A stretch of 64,000 bases of DNA from Eledone cirrhosa (lineage: Eukaryota), in contig OZ024741.1 in NCBI GenBank assembly GCA_964016885.1, positions 336,226,001 to 336,290,000 of the forward strand, given 5' to 3'. Below are positions 1-15,000 of the stretch, in pieces. A model generated the notes under the pieces. That model saw only the letters and a program-made list of their open reading frames with translations. It made no database searches and had not been told where the DNA came from. Each line of letters opens with the position of its first letter. Position 1 is the first letter of the stretch. The position numbers and the translations under genes were made by a program.

Positions 1-3000
1 TTAGGGTTAGGAAGGGCCTCCAGCCATAGAAACCAATCTCACAGTCCACCCTGTATATGGTAGTTTAGGGTTAGGAAGGGCCTCCAGCCATAGAAACCAA
101 TCTCACAGTCCACCCTGTATATGGTAGTTTAGGGTTAGGAAAGGCATCCAGCCATAGAAATCAATCTCACAGTCCACCCAGTATATGGTAGTTTAGGGTT
201 AGGGAGGGCCTCCAGCCATAGAAACCAATCTCACAGTCCACCCAGTATATGGTAGTTTAGGGTTAGGAAGGGCCTCCAGCCATAGAGACCAATCTCACAG
301 TCCACCCAGTATATGGTAGTTTAGGGTTAGAAAAGGCATCCAGCCATAGAGACCAATCTCACAGTCCACCCAGTATATGGTAGTTTAGGGTTAGGGAGGG
401 CCTCCAGCCATAGAAACCAATCTCACAGTCCACCCAGTATATGGTAGTTTATGGTTAGGAAGGGCCTCCAGCCATAGAGACCAATCTCACAGTCCACCCA
501 GTATATGGTAGTTTAGGGTTAGAAAAGGCATCCAGCCATAGAGACCAATCTCACAGTCCACCCAGTATATGGTAGTTTAGGGTTAGGGAGGGCCTCCAGC
601 CATAGAAACCAATCTCACAGTCCACCCAGTATATGGTAGTTTAGGGTTAGGAAGGGCCTCCAGCCATAGAGACCAATCTCACAGTCCACCCAGTATATGG
701 TAGTTTAGGGTTAGGAAAGGCATCCAGCCATAGAGACCAATCTCACAGTCCACCCAGTATATGGTAGTTTAGGGTTAGTGAGGGCCTCCAGCCATAGAAA
801 CCAATCTCACAGTCCACCCAGTATATGGTAGTTTAGGGTTAGGAAGGGCCTCCAGCCATAGAAACCAATCTCACAGTCCACCCAGTATATGGTAGTTTAG
901 GGTTAGAAAAGGCATCCAGCCATAGAGACCAATCTCACAGTCCACCCAGTATATGGTAGTTTAGGGTTAGGGAGGGCCTCCAGCCATAGAAACCAATCTC
1001 ACAGTCCACCCAGTATATGGTAGTTTATGGTTAGGAAGGGCCTCCAGCCATAGAAACCAATCTCACAGTCCACCCAGTATATGGTAGTTTAGGGTTAGAA
1101 AAGGCCTCCAGCAATAGAAACCAATCTCACAGTCCACCCAGTATATGGTAGTTTAGGGTTAGGAAGGGCCTCCAGCCATAGAAACTATGCTCACAGTCCA
1201 CCCTGTATATGGTAGTTTAGGGTTAGGAAAGGCATCCAGCCATAGAGACCAATCTCACAGTCCACCCAGTATATGGTAGTTTAGGGTTAGGAAGGGCCTC
1301 CAGCCATAGAAACTATGCTCACAGTCCACCCAGTATATGGTAGTTTAGGGTTAGGAAGGGCATCCAGCCATAGAAACCAATCTCACAGTCCACCCAGTAT
1401 ATGGTAGTTTAGGGTTAGGAAGGGCATCCAGCGATAAAACCAATCTCACAGTCCACCCAGTATATGGTAGTTTAGTGTTAGCGAGGGCATCCAGCCATAG
1501 AAACCAATCTCACAGTCTACCCAGTATATGGTGGTTTAGGGTTAGGAAGGACATCCAGCCATAGAAACCAATCTCACAGTCCACCCAGTATATGGTAGTT
1601 TAAGGTTAGGAAGGGCATCCAGCCATAGAAACCAATCTCACAGTCCACCCAGTATATGGTAGTTTAGGGTTAGGAAGGGCATCCAGCGATAAAACCAATC
1701 TCACAGTCCACCCAGTATATGGTAGTTTAGGGTTAGGGACGGGCATCCAGCCATAGAAACCAATCTCACAGTCCACCCAGTATATGGTAGTTTAGGGTTA
1801 GGAAGGGCCTCCAGCCATAGAAACTATGCTCACAGTTCACCCAGTATATGGTAGTTTAGGGTTAGGAAAGGCATCCAGCCATAGAGACCAATCTCACAGT
1901 CCACCCAGTATATGATAGTTTAGGGTTAGGAAGGGCATCCAGCCATAGAAACCAATCTCACAGTCCACCCAGTATATGGTAGTTTAGTGTTAGCGAGGGC
2001 ATCCAGCCATAGAAACCAATCTCACAGTCTACCCAGTATATGGTGGTTTAGGGTTAGGAAGGACATCCAGCCATAGAAACCAATCTCACAGTCCACCCAG
2101 TATATGGTAGTTTAAGGTTAGGAAGGGCATCCAGCCATAGAAACCAATCTCACAGTCCACCCAGTATATGGTAGTTTAGGGTTAGGAAGGGCCTCCAGCA
2201 ATAGAAACCAATCTCACAGTCCACCCAGTATATGGTAGTTTAGGGTTAGGAAAGGCATCCAGCCATAGAGACCAATCTCACAGTCCACCCAGTATATGGT
2301 AGTTTAGGTTTAGGGAGGGCATCCAGCCATAGAAACCAATCTCACAGTCCACCCAGTATATGGTAGTTTAGGGTTAGGAAGGGCATCCAGCGATAGAAAC
2401 CAATCTCACAGTCCACCCAGTATATGGTAGTTTAAGGTTAGGAAGGGCATCCAGCCATAGAAACCAATCTCACAGTCCACCCAGTATATGGTAGTTTAGG
2501 GTTAGGGAGGGCATCCAGCCATAGAAACCAATCTCACAGTCCACCCAGTATATGGTAGTATAGGGTTAGGAAGGGCATCCAGCCATAGAAACCAATCTCA
2601 CAGTCCACCCAGTATATGGTAGTTTAGGGTTAGGAAGGGCATCCAGCCATAGAAACCAATCTCACAGTCCACCCAGTATAGGGTAGTTTAGGGTTAGGAA
2701 AGGCATCCAGCCATAGAAACCAATCTCACAGTCCACCCAGTATATGGTAGTTTAGGGTTAGGGAGGGCATCCAGCCATAGAAACCAATCTCACAGTCCAC
2801 CCAGTATATGGTAGGTTAGGGTTAGGGAGGGCATCCAGCGATAGAAACCAATCTCACAGTCCACCCAGTATATGGTAGTTTAGGGTTAGGGAGGGCATCC
2901 AGCCATAGAAACCAATCTCACAGTCCACCCAGTATATGGTAGGTTAGGGTTAGGGAGGGCATCCAGCCATAGAAACCAATCTCACAGTCCACCCAGTATA

Positions 3001-6000
3001 AGGTAGTTTAGGGTTAGGGAGGGCATCCAGCCATAGAAACCAATCTCACAGTCCACCCAGTATATGGTAGTTTAAGGTTAGGAAGGGCATCCAGCGATAG
3101 AAACCAATCTCACAGTCCACCCAGTATATGGTAGTTTAAGGTTAGGAAGGGCATCCAGCCATAGAAACCAATCTCACAGTCCACCCAGTATATGGTAGTT
3201 TAAGGTTAGGAAGGGCATCCAGCCATAGAAACCAATCTCACAGTCCACCCAGTATATGGTAGTTTAAGGTTAGGAAGGGCATCCAGCGATAGAAACCAAT
3301 CTCACAGTCCACCCAGTATATGGTAGTTTAAGGTTAGGAAGGGCATCCAGCCATAGAAACCAATCTCACAGTCCACCCAGTATATGGTAGTTTAGGGTTA
3401 GGGAGGGCATCCAGCCATAGAAACCAATCTCACAGTCCACCCAGTATATGGTAGTTTAGGGTTAGGAAGGGCATCCAGCCATAGAAACCAATCTCACAGT
3501 CCACCCAGTATATGGTAGTTTAGGGTTAGGAAGGGCATCCAGCCATAGAAACCAATCTCACAGTCCACCCAGTATATGGTAGTTTAGGGTTAGGAAGGGC
3601 ATCCAGCCATAGAAACCAATCTCACAGTCCACCCAGTATATGGTAGTTTAGGGTTAGGAAGGGCATCCAGCCATAGAAACCAATCTCACAGTCCACCCAG
3701 TATATGGTAGTTTAGGGTTAGGAAGGGCATCCAGCCATAGAAACCAATCTCACAGTCCACCCAGTATATGGTAGTTTAGGGTTAGGGAGGGCATCCAGCC
3801 ATAGAAACCAATCTCACAGTCCACCCAGTATATGGTAGTTTAGGGTTAGGAAGGGCATCCAGCCATAGAAACCAATCTCACAGTCCACCCAGTATAGGGT
3901 AGTTTAGGGTTAGGAAGGGCATCCAGCCATAGAAACCAATCTCACAGTCCACCCAGTATATGGTAGTTTAGGGTTAGGAAGGGCATCCAGCCATAGAAAC
4001 CAATCTCACAGTCCACCCAGTATAGGGTAGTTTAGGGTTAGGAAGGGCATCCAGCCATAGAAACCAATCTCACAGTCCACCCAGTATATGGTAGTTTAGG
4101 GTTAGGGAGGGCATCCAGCCATAGAAACCAATCTCACAGTCCACCCAGTATATGGTAGTTTAGGGTTAGGAAGGGCATCCAGCCATAGAAACCAATCTCA
4201 CAGTCCACCCAGTATATGGTAGTTTAGGGTTAGGAAGGGCATCCAGCCATAGAAACCAATCTCACAGTCCACCCAGTATATGGTAGTTTAGGGTTAGGAA
4301 GGGCATCCAGCCATAGAAACCAATCTCACAGTCCACCCAGTATATGGTAGTTTAGGGTTAGGAAGGGCATCCAGCCATAGAAACCAATCTCACAGTCCAC
4401 CCAGTATATGGTAGTTTAGGGTTAGGAAGGGCATCCAGCCATAGAAACCAATCTCACAGTCCACCCAGTATATGGTAGTTTAGGGTTAGGGAGGGCATCC
4501 AGCCATAGAAACCAATCTCACAGTCCACCCAGTATATGGTAGTTTAGGGTTAGGAAGGGCATCCAGCCATAGAAACCAATCTCACAGTCCACCCAGTATA
4601 GGGTAGTTTAGGGTTAGGGAGGGCATCCAGCCATAGAAACCAATCTCACAGTCCACCCAGTATATGGTAGTTTAGGGTTAGGAAGGGCATCCAGCCATAG
4701 AAACCAATCTCACAGTCCACCCAGTATAGGGTAGTTTAGGGTTAGGAAGGACATCCAGCCATAGAAACCAATCTCACAGTCCACCCAGTATATGGTAGTT
4801 TAGGGTTAGGAAGGGCATCCAGCCATAGAAACCAATCTCACAGTCCACCCAGTATATGGTAGTTTAGGGTTAGGAAGGGCATCCAGCCATAGAAACCAAT
4901 CTCACAGTCCACCCAGTATAGGGTAGTTTAGGGTTAGGAAAGGCATCCAGCCATAGAAACCAATCTCACAGTCCACCCAGTATATGGTAGTTTAGGGTTA
5001 GGGAGGGCATCCAGCCATAGAAACCAATCTCACAGTCCACCCAGTATATGGTAGTTTAGGGTTAGGGAGGGCATCCAGCCATAGAAACCAATCTCACAGT
5101 CCACCCAGTATATGGTAGTTTAGGGTTAGGAAGGGCCTCCAGCCATAGAAACTATGCTCACAGTCCACCCAGTATATGGTAGTTTAGGGTTAGGGAGGGC
5201 ATCCAGCGATAGAAACCAATCTCACAGTCCACCCAGTATATGGTAGTTTAGGGTTAGGGAGGGCATCCAGCCATAGAAACCAATCTCACAGTCCACCCAG
5301 TATATGGTAGGTTAGGGTTAGGGAGGGCATCCAGCCATAGAAACCAATCTCACAGTCCACCCAGTATAAGGTAGTTTAGGGTTAGGGAGGGCATCCAGCC
5401 ATAGAAACCAATCTCACAGTCCACCCAGTATAAGGTAGTTTAGGGTTAGGGAGGGCATCCAGCCATAGAAACCAATCTCACAGTCCACCCAGTATATGGT
5501 AGTTTAGGGTTAGGAAGGGCATCCAGCCATAGAAACCAATCTCACAGTCCACCCAGTATATGGTAGTTTAGGGTTAGGAAGGGCATCCAGCCATAGAAAC
5601 CAATCTCACAGTCCACCCAGTATAGGGTAGTTTAGGGTTAGGAAAGGCATCCAGCCATAGAAACCAATCTCACAGTCCACCCAGTATATGGTAGTTTAGG
5701 GTTAGGGAGGGCATCCAGCCATAGAAACCAATCTCACAGTCCACCCAGTATATGGTAGTTTAGGGTTAGGGAGGGCATCCAGCCATAGAAACCAATCTCA
5801 CAGTCCACCCAGTATAGGGTAGTTTAGGGTTAGGGAGGGCATCCAGCCATAGAAACCAATCTCACAGTCCACCCAGTATAGGGTAGTTTAGGGTTAGGAA
5901 AGGCATCCAGCCATAGAAACCAATCTCACAGTCCACCCAGTATAAGGTAGTTTAGGGTTAGGGAGGGCATCCAGCCATAGAAACCAATCTCACAGTCCAC

Positions 6001-9000
6001 CCAGTATATGGTAGTTTAGGGTTAGGGAGGGCATCCAGCCATAGAAACCAATCTCACAGTCCACCCAGTATAGGGTAGTTTAGGGTTAGGAAAGGCATCC
6101 AGCCATAGAAACCAATCTCACAGTCCACCCAGTATAAGGTAGTTTAGGGTTAGGGAGGGCATCCAGCCATAGAAACCAATCTCACAGTCCACCCAGTATA
6201 TGGTAGTTTAGGGTTAGGGAGGGCATCCAGCCATAGAAACCAATCTCACAGTCCACCCAGTATAAGGTAGTTTAGGGTTAGGGAGGGCATCCAGCCATAG
6301 AAACCAATCTCACAGTCCACCCAGTATATGGTAGTTTAGGGTTAGGGAGGGCATCCAGCCATAGAAACCAATCTCACAGTCCACCCAGTATATGGTAGTT
6401 TAGGGTTAGGGAGGGCATCCAGCCATAGAAACCAATCTCACAGTCCACCCAGTATAAGGTAGTTTAGGGTTAGGGAGGGCATCCAGCCATAGAAACCAAT
6501 CTCACAGTCCACCCAGTATATGGTAGTTTAGGGTTAGGGAGGGCATCCAGCCATAGAAACCAATCTCACAGTCCACCCAGTATATGGTAGTTTAGGGTTA
6601 GGGAGGGCATCCAGCCATAGAAACCAATCTCACAGTCCACCCAGTATATGGTAGTTTAGGGTTAGGGAGGGCATCCAGCCATAGAAACCAATCTCACAGT
6701 CCACCCAGTATATGGTAGGTTAGGGTTAGGGAGGGCATCCAGCCATAGAAACCAATCTCACAGTCCACCCAGTATATGGTAGTTTAGGGTTAGGGAGGGC
6801 ATCCAGCCATAGAAACCAATCTCACAGTCCACCCAGTATATGGTAGTTTAGGGTTAGGGAGGGCATCCAGCCATAGAAACCAATCTCACAGTCCACCCAG
6901 TATAAGGTAGTTTAGGGTTAGGGAGGGCATCCAGCCATAGAAACCAATCTCACAGTCCACCCAGTATATGGTAGTTTAGGGTTAGGAAGGGCATCCAGCC
7001 ATAGAAACCAATCTCACAGTCCACCCAGTATATGGTAGTTTAGGGTTAGGAAAGGCATCCAGCCATAGAAACCAATCTCACAGTCCACCCAGTATATGGT
7101 AGTTTAGGGTTAGGGAGGGCATCCAGCCATAGAAACCAATCTCACAGTCCACCCAGTATATGGTAGTTTAGGGTTAGGAAGGGCATCCAGCCATAGAAAC
7201 CAATCTCACAGTCCACCCAGTATATGGTAGTTTAGGGTTAGGGAGGGCATCCAGCCATAGAAACCAATCTCACAGTCCACCCAGTATAAGGTAGTTTAGG
7301 GTTAGGGAGGGCATCCAGCCATAGAAACCAATCTCACAGTCCACCCAGTATATGGTAGTTTAGGGTTAGGGAGGGCATCCAGCCATAGAAACCAATCTCA
7401 CAGTCCACCCAGTATAAGGTAGTTTAGGGTTAGGGAGGGCATCCAGCCATAGAAACCAATCTCACAGTCCACCCAGTATATGGTAGTTTAGGGTTAGGGA
7501 GGGCATCCAGCCATAGAAACCAATCTCACAGTCCACCCAGTATATGGTAGTTTAGGGTTAGGAAGGGCATCCAGCCATAGAAACCAATCTCACAGTCCAC
7601 CCAGTATATGGTAGTTTAGGGTTAGGGAGGGCATCCAGCCATAGAAACCAATCTCACAGTCCACCCAGTATAAGGTAGTTTAGGGTTAGGGAGGGCATCC
7701 AGCCATAGAAACCAATCTCACAGTCCACCCAGTATATGGTAGTTTAGGGTTAGGAAGGGCATCCAGCCATAGAAACCAATCTCACAGTCCACCCAGTATA
7801 TGGTAGTTTAGGGTTAGGGAGGGCATCCAGCCATAGAAACCAATCTCACAGTCCACCCAGTATAAGGTAGTTTAGGGTTAGGGAGGGCATCCAGCCATAG
7901 AAACCAATCTCACAGTCCACCCAGTATATGGTAGTTTAGGGTTAGGGAGGGCATCCAGCCATAGAAACCAATCTCACAGTCCACCCAGTATATGGTAGTT
8001 TAGGGTTAGGAAGGGCATCCAGCCATAGAAACCAATCTCACAGTCCACCCAGTATATGGTAGTTTAGGGTTAGGGAGGGCATCCAGCCATAGAAACCAAT
8101 CTCACAGTCCACCCAGTATAAGGTAGTTTAGGGTTAGGGAGGGCATCCAGCCATAGAAACCAATCTCACAGTCCACCCAGTATAAGGTAGTTTAGGGTTA
8201 GGGAGGGCATCCAGCCATAGAAACCAATCTCACAGTCCACCCAGTATATGGTAGTTTAGGGTTAGGGAGGGCATCCAGCCATAGAAACCAATCTCACAGT
8301 CCACCCAGTATATGGTAGTTTAGGGTTAGGAAGGGCATCCAGCCATAGAAACCAATCTCACAGTCCACCCAGTATATGGTAGTTTAGGGTTAGGAAAGGC
8401 ATCCAGCCATAGAAACCAATCTCACAGTCCACCCAGTATATGGTAGTTTAGGGTTAGGGAGGGCATCCAGCCATAGAAACCAATCTCACAGTCCACCCAG
8501 TATATGGTAGTTTAGGGTTAGGGAGGGCATCCAGCCATAGAAACCAATCTCACAGTCCACCCAGTATATGGTAGTTTAGGGTTAGGAAGGGCATCCAGCC
8601 ATAGAAACCAATCTCACAGTCCACCCAGTATATGGTAGTTTAGGGTTAGGAAAGGCATCCAGCCATAGAAACCAATCTCACAGTCCACCCAGTATATGGT
8701 AGTTTAGGGTTAGGGAGGGCATCCAGCCATAGAAACCAATCTCACAGTCCACCCAGTATATGGTAGTTTAGGGTTAGGGAGGGCATCCAGCCATAGAAAC
8801 CAATCTCACAGTCCACCCAGTATATGGTAGTTTAGGGTTAGGAAAGGCATCCAGCCATAGAAACCAATCTCACAGTCCACCCAGTATATGGTAGTTTAGG
8901 GTTAGGGAGGGCATCCAGCCATAGAAACCAATCTCACAGTCCACCCAGTATATGGTAGTTTAGGGTTAGGGAGGGCATCCAGCCATAGAAACCAATCTCA

Positions 9001-12000
9001 CAGTCCACCCAGTATATGGTAGTTTAGGGTTAGGAAAGGCATCCAGCCATAGAAACCAATCTCACAGTCCACCCAGTATATGGTAGTTTAGGGTTAGGGA
9101 GGGCATCCAGCCATAGAAACCAATCTCACAGTCCACCCAGTATATGGTAGTTTAGGGTTAGGGAGGGCATCCAGCCATAGAAACCAATCTCACAGTCCAC
9201 CCAGTATATGGTAGTTTAGGGTTAGGAAAGGCATCCAGCCATAGAAACCAATCTCACAGTCCACCCAGTATATGGTAGTTTAGGGTTAGGGAGGGCATCC
9301 AGCCATAGAAACCAATCTCACAGTCCACCCAGTATATGGTAGTTTAGGGTTAGGAAGGGCATCCAGCCATAGAAACCAATCTCACAGTCCACCCAGTATG
9401 AGGTAGTTTAGGGTTAGGGAGGGCATCCAGCCATAGAAACCAATCTCACAGTCCACCCAGTATATGGTGTTTTAGGGTTAGGAAGGGCATCCAGCCATAG
9501 AAACCAATCTCACAGTCCACCCAGTATATGGTAGTTCAGGGTTAGGGAGGGCATCCAGCCATAGAAACAAATCTCACAGTCCACCCAGTATATGGTAGAT
9601 TAGGGTTAGGAAGGGCCTCCAGCCATAGAAACCAATCTCACAGTCCACCCAGTATATGGTAGTTTAGGGTTAGGAAAGGCATCCATCCATAGAGACCAAT
9701 CTCACAGTCCACCCAGTATATGGTAGTTTAGGTTTAGGGAGGGCATCCAGCCATAGAAACCAATCTCAGAGTCCACCCAGTATATGGTAGTTTAGAGTTA
9801 GGAAGGGCCTCCAGCCATAGAAACTATGCCTCACAGTCCACCCAGTATATGGTAGTTTAGGGTTAGGAAAGGCATCCAGCCATAGAAATCAATCTCACAG
9901 TCCACCCAGTATATGGTAGTTTAGGGTTAGGAAAGGCATCCAGCCATAGAGACCAATCTCACAGTCCACCCAGTATATGGTAGTTTAGGGTTAGGAAAGG
10001 CATCCAGCCATAGAGACCAATCTCACAGTCCACCCAGTATATGGTAGTTTATGGTTAGGAAGGGCCTCCAGCCATAGAAACCAATCTCACAGTCCACCCA
10101 GTATATGGTAGTTTAGGGTTAGAAAAGGCATCCAGCCATAGAGACCAATCTCACAGTCCACCCAGTATATGGTAGTTTAGGGTTAGGAAGGGCCTCCAGC
10201 CATAGAAACTATGCTCACAGTCCACCCTGTATATGGTAGTTTAGGGTTAGGAAAGGCATCCAGCCATAGAGACCAATCTCACAGTCCACCCAGTATATGG
10301 TAGTTTAGGGTTAGGAAGGGCCTCCAGCCATAGAAACCAATCTCACAGTCCACCCAGTATATGGTAGTTTAGGGTTAGGAAGGGCATCCAGCCATAGAAA
10401 CCAATCTCACAGTCCACCCAGTATATGGTAGTTTAGGGTTAGGAAGGGCATCCAGCCATAGAGACCAATCTCACAGTCCACCCAGTATATGATAGTTTAG
10501 GGTTAGGAAGGGCATCCAGCCATAGAAACCAATCTCACAGTCCACCAAGTATATGGTAGTTTAGTGTTAGGGAGGGCATCCAGCCATAGAAACCAATCTC
10601 ACAGTCTACCCAGTATATGGTGGTTTAGGGTTAGGAAGGACATCCAGCCATAGAAACCAATCTCACAGTCCACCCAGTATATGGTAGTTTAGGGTTAGGG
10701 AGGGCATCCAGCCATAGAAACCAATCTCACAGTCCACCCAGTATAAGATAGTTTAGGGTTAGGGAGGGCATCCAGCCATAGAAACCAATCTCACAGTCCA
10801 CCCAGTATATGGTAGTTTAAGGTTAGGAAGGGCATCCAGCCATAGAAACCAATCTCACAGTCCACCCAGTATAAGATAGTTTAGGGTTAGGGAGGGCATC
10901 CAGCCATAGAAACCAATCTCACAGTCCACCCAGTATATGGTAGTTTAAGGTTAGGAAGGGCATCCAGCCATAGAAACCAATCTCACAATCCACCCAGTAT
11001 ATGGTAGTTTAGGGTTAGGGAGGGCATCCAGCCATAGAAACCAATCTCACAGTCCACCCAGTATATGGTAGTATAGGGTTAGGAAAGGCATCCAGCCATA
11101 GAAACCAATCTCACAGTCCACCCAGTATATGGTAGTTTAGGGTTAGGAAGGGCATCCAGCCATAGAAACCAATCTCACAGTCCACCCAGTATAGAGTAGT
11201 TTAGGGTTAGGAAAGGCATCCAGCCATAGAAACCAATCTCACAGTCCACCCAGTATATGGTAGTTTAGGGTTAGGGAGGGCATCCAGCCATAGAAACCAA
11301 TCTCACAGTCCACCCAGTATATGGTAGTTTAGGGTTAGGGAGGGCATCCAGCCATAGAAACCAATCTCACAGTCCACCCAGTATAAGATAGTTTAGGGTT
11401 AGGGAGGGCATCCAGCCATAGAAACCAATCTCACAGTCCACCCAGTATATGGTAGTTTAAGGTTAGGAAGGGCATCCAGCCATAGAAACCAATCTCACAG
11501 TCCACCCAGTATAAGATAGTTTAGGGTTAGGGAGGGCATCCAGCCATAGAAACCAATCTCACAGTCCACCCAGTATATGGTAGTTTAAGGTTAGGAAGGG
11601 CATCCAGCCATAGAAACCAATCTCACAATCCACCCAGTATATGGTAGTTTAGGGTTAGGGAGGGCATCCAGCCATAGAAACCAATCTCACAGTCCACCCA
11701 GTATATGGTAGTATAGGGTTAGGAAAGGCATCCAGCCATAGAAACCAATCTCACAGTCCACCCAGTATATGGTAGTTTAGGGTTAGGAAGGGCATCCAGC
11801 CATAGAAACCAATCTCACAGTCCACCCAGTATAGAGTAGTTTAGGGTTAGGAAAGGCATCCAGCCATAGAAACCAATCTCACAGTCCACCCAGTATATGG
11901 TAGTTTAGGGTTAGGGAGGGCATCCAGCCATAGAAACCAATCTCACAGTCCACCCAGTATATGGTAGTTTAGGGTTAGGAAAGGCGTCCAGCCATCGAAA

Positions 12001-15000
12001 CCAATCTCACAGTCCACCCAGTATATGATAGTTTAGGGTTAGGAAAGGCATCCAGCCATAGAAACCAATCTCACAGTCCACCCAGTATAGAGTAGTTTAG
12101 GGTTAGGAAAGGCATCCAGCCATAGAAACCAATCTCACAGTCCACCCAGTATATGGTAGTTTAGGGTTAGGGAGGGCATCCAGCCATAGAAACCAATCTC
12201 ACAGTCTACCCAGTATAAGGTAGTTTAGGGTTAGGGAGGGTATCCAGCCATAGAAACCAATCTCACAGTCCACCCAGTATATGGTAGTTTAGGGTTAGGG
12301 AGGGCATCCAGCCATAGAAACCATCCTCACAGTCCACCCAGTATATGGTAGTTTAGGGTTAGGAAAGGCGTCCAGCCATCGAAACCAATCTCACAGTCCA
12401 CCCAGTATATGATAGTTTAGGGTTAGGAAAGGCATCCAGCCATAGAAACCAATCTCACAGTCCACCCAGTATATGGTAGTTTAGGGTTAGGAAAGGCGTC
12501 CAGCCATCGAAACCAATCTCACAGTCCACCCAGTATATGATAGTTTAGGGTTAGGAAAGGCATCCAGCCATAGAAACCAATCTCACAGTCCACCCAGTAT
12601 ATGGTAGTTTAGGGTTAGGAAAGGCGTCCAGCCATCGAAACCAATCTCACAGTCCACCCAGTATATGATAGTTTAGGGTTAGGAAAGGCATCCAGCCATA
12701 GAAACCAATCTCACAGTCCACCCAGTATAGAGTAGTTTAGGGTTAGGAAAGGCATCCAGCCATAGAAACCAATCTCACAGTCCACCCAGTATATGGTAGT
12801 TTAGGGTTAGGGAGGGCATCCAGCCATAGAAACCAATCTCACAGTCTACCCAGTATAAGGTAGTTTAGGGTTAGGGAGGGTATCCAGCCATAGAAACCAA
12901 TCTCACAGTCCACCCAGTATATGGTAGTTTAGGGTTAGGGAGGGCATCCAGCCATAGAAACCAATCTCACTGTCCACCCAGTATATGGTAGTTTAGGGTT
13001 AGGGAGGGCATCCAGCCATAGAAACCAATCTCACTGTCCACCCAGTATATGGTAGTTTAGGGTTAGGGAGGGCATCCAGCCATAGAAACCAATCTCACAG
13101 TCCACCCAGTATATGGTAGTTTAGGGTTAGGGAGGGCATCCAGCCATAGAAACCAATCTCACAGTCCACCCAGTATATGGTAGTTTAGGGTTAGGAAGGG
13201 CCTCCAGCCATAGAAACTATGCTCACAGTCCACCCAGTATATGGTAGTTTAGGGTTAGGAAGGGCCTCCAGCCATAGAAACTATGCTCACAGTCCTCCCA
13301 GTATATGGTAGTTTAGGGTTAGGGAGGGCATCCAGCCATAGAAACCAATCTCACAGTCCACCCAGTATATGGTAGTTTAGGGTTAGGGAGGGCATCCAGC
13401 CATAGAAACTATGCTCACAGTCCTCCCAGTATATGGTAGTTTAGGGTTAGGGAGGGCCTCCAGCCATAGAAACCAATCTCACAGTCCACCCAGTATATGG
13501 TAGTTTAGGGTTAGGGAGGGCATCCAGCCATAGAAACCAATCTCACAGTCCACCCAGTATATGGTAGTTTAGGGTTAGGGAGGGCATCCAGCCATAGAAA
13601 CCAATCTCACAGTCCACCCAGTATATGGTAGTTTAGGGTTAGGGAGGGCATCCAGCCATAGAAACCAATCTCACAGTCCACCCAGTATATGGTAGTTTAG
13701 GGTTAGGGAGGGCATCCAGCCATAGAAACCAATCTCACAGTCCACCCAGTATATGGTAGTTTAGGGTTAGGGAGGGCATCCAGCCATAGAAACCAATCTC
13801 ACAGTCCACCCAGTATATGGTAGTTTAGGGTTAGGGAGGGCATCCAGCCATAGAAACCAATCTCACAGTCCACCCAGTATATGGTAGTTTAGGGTTAGGG
13901 AGGGCATCCAGCCATAGAAACCAATCTCACAGTCCACCCAGTATATGGTAGTTTAGGGTTAGGGAGGGCATCCAGCCATAGAAACCAATCTCACAGTCCA
14001 CCCAGTATATGGTAGTTTAGGGTTAGGGAGGGCATCCAGCCATAGAAACCAATCTCACAGTCCACCCAGTATATGGTGTTTTAGGTTTAGGAAGGGCATC
14101 CAGCCATAGAAACCAATCTCACAGTCCACCCAGTATATGGTAGTTTAGGGTTAGGGAAGGCATCCAGCCATAGAAACCAATCTCACAGTCCACCCAGTAT
14201 ATGGTAGTTTAGGGTTAGGAAGGGCATCCAGCCATAGAAACCAATCTCACAGTCCACCCAGTATATGGTAGTTTAGGGTTAGGGAGGGCATCCAGCCATA
14301 GAAACCAATCTCACAGTCCACCCAGTATATGGTAGTTTAGGGTTAGGAAGGGCATCCAGCCATAGAAACCAATCTCACAGTCCACCCAGTATATGGTAGT
14401 TTAGGGTTAGGAAGGGCATCCAGCCATAGAAACCAATCTCACAGTCCACCCAGTATATGGTAGTTTAGGGTTAGGGAGGGCATCCAGCCATAGAAACCAA
14501 CCTCACAGTCCACCCAGTATATGGTAGTTTAAGGTTAGGGAGGGCATCCAGCCATAGAAACTATGCTCACAGTCCACCCAGTATATGGTAGTTTAGGTTT
14601 AGGGAGGGCATCCAGCCATAGAAACCAATCTCACAGTCCACCTAGTATATGGTAGTTTAGGTTTAGGGAGGGCATCCAGCCATAGAAACCAATCTCACAG
14701 TCCACCCAGTATATGGTAGTTTAGTGTTAGGGAGGGCATCCAGCCATAGAAACCAATCTCACAGTCTACCCAGTATATGGTGGTTTAGGATTAGGAAGGA
14801 CATCCAGCCATAGAAACTAATCTCACAGTCCACCCAGTATATGGTAGTTTAGGGTTAGGGAGGGCATCCAGCCATAGAAACCAATCTCACAGTCCACCCA
14901 GTATATGGTAGTTTAGGGTTAGGGAGGGCATCCAGCCATAGAAACCAATCTCACAGTCCACCCAGTATATGGTAGTTTAGGGTTAGGGAGGGCATCCAGC

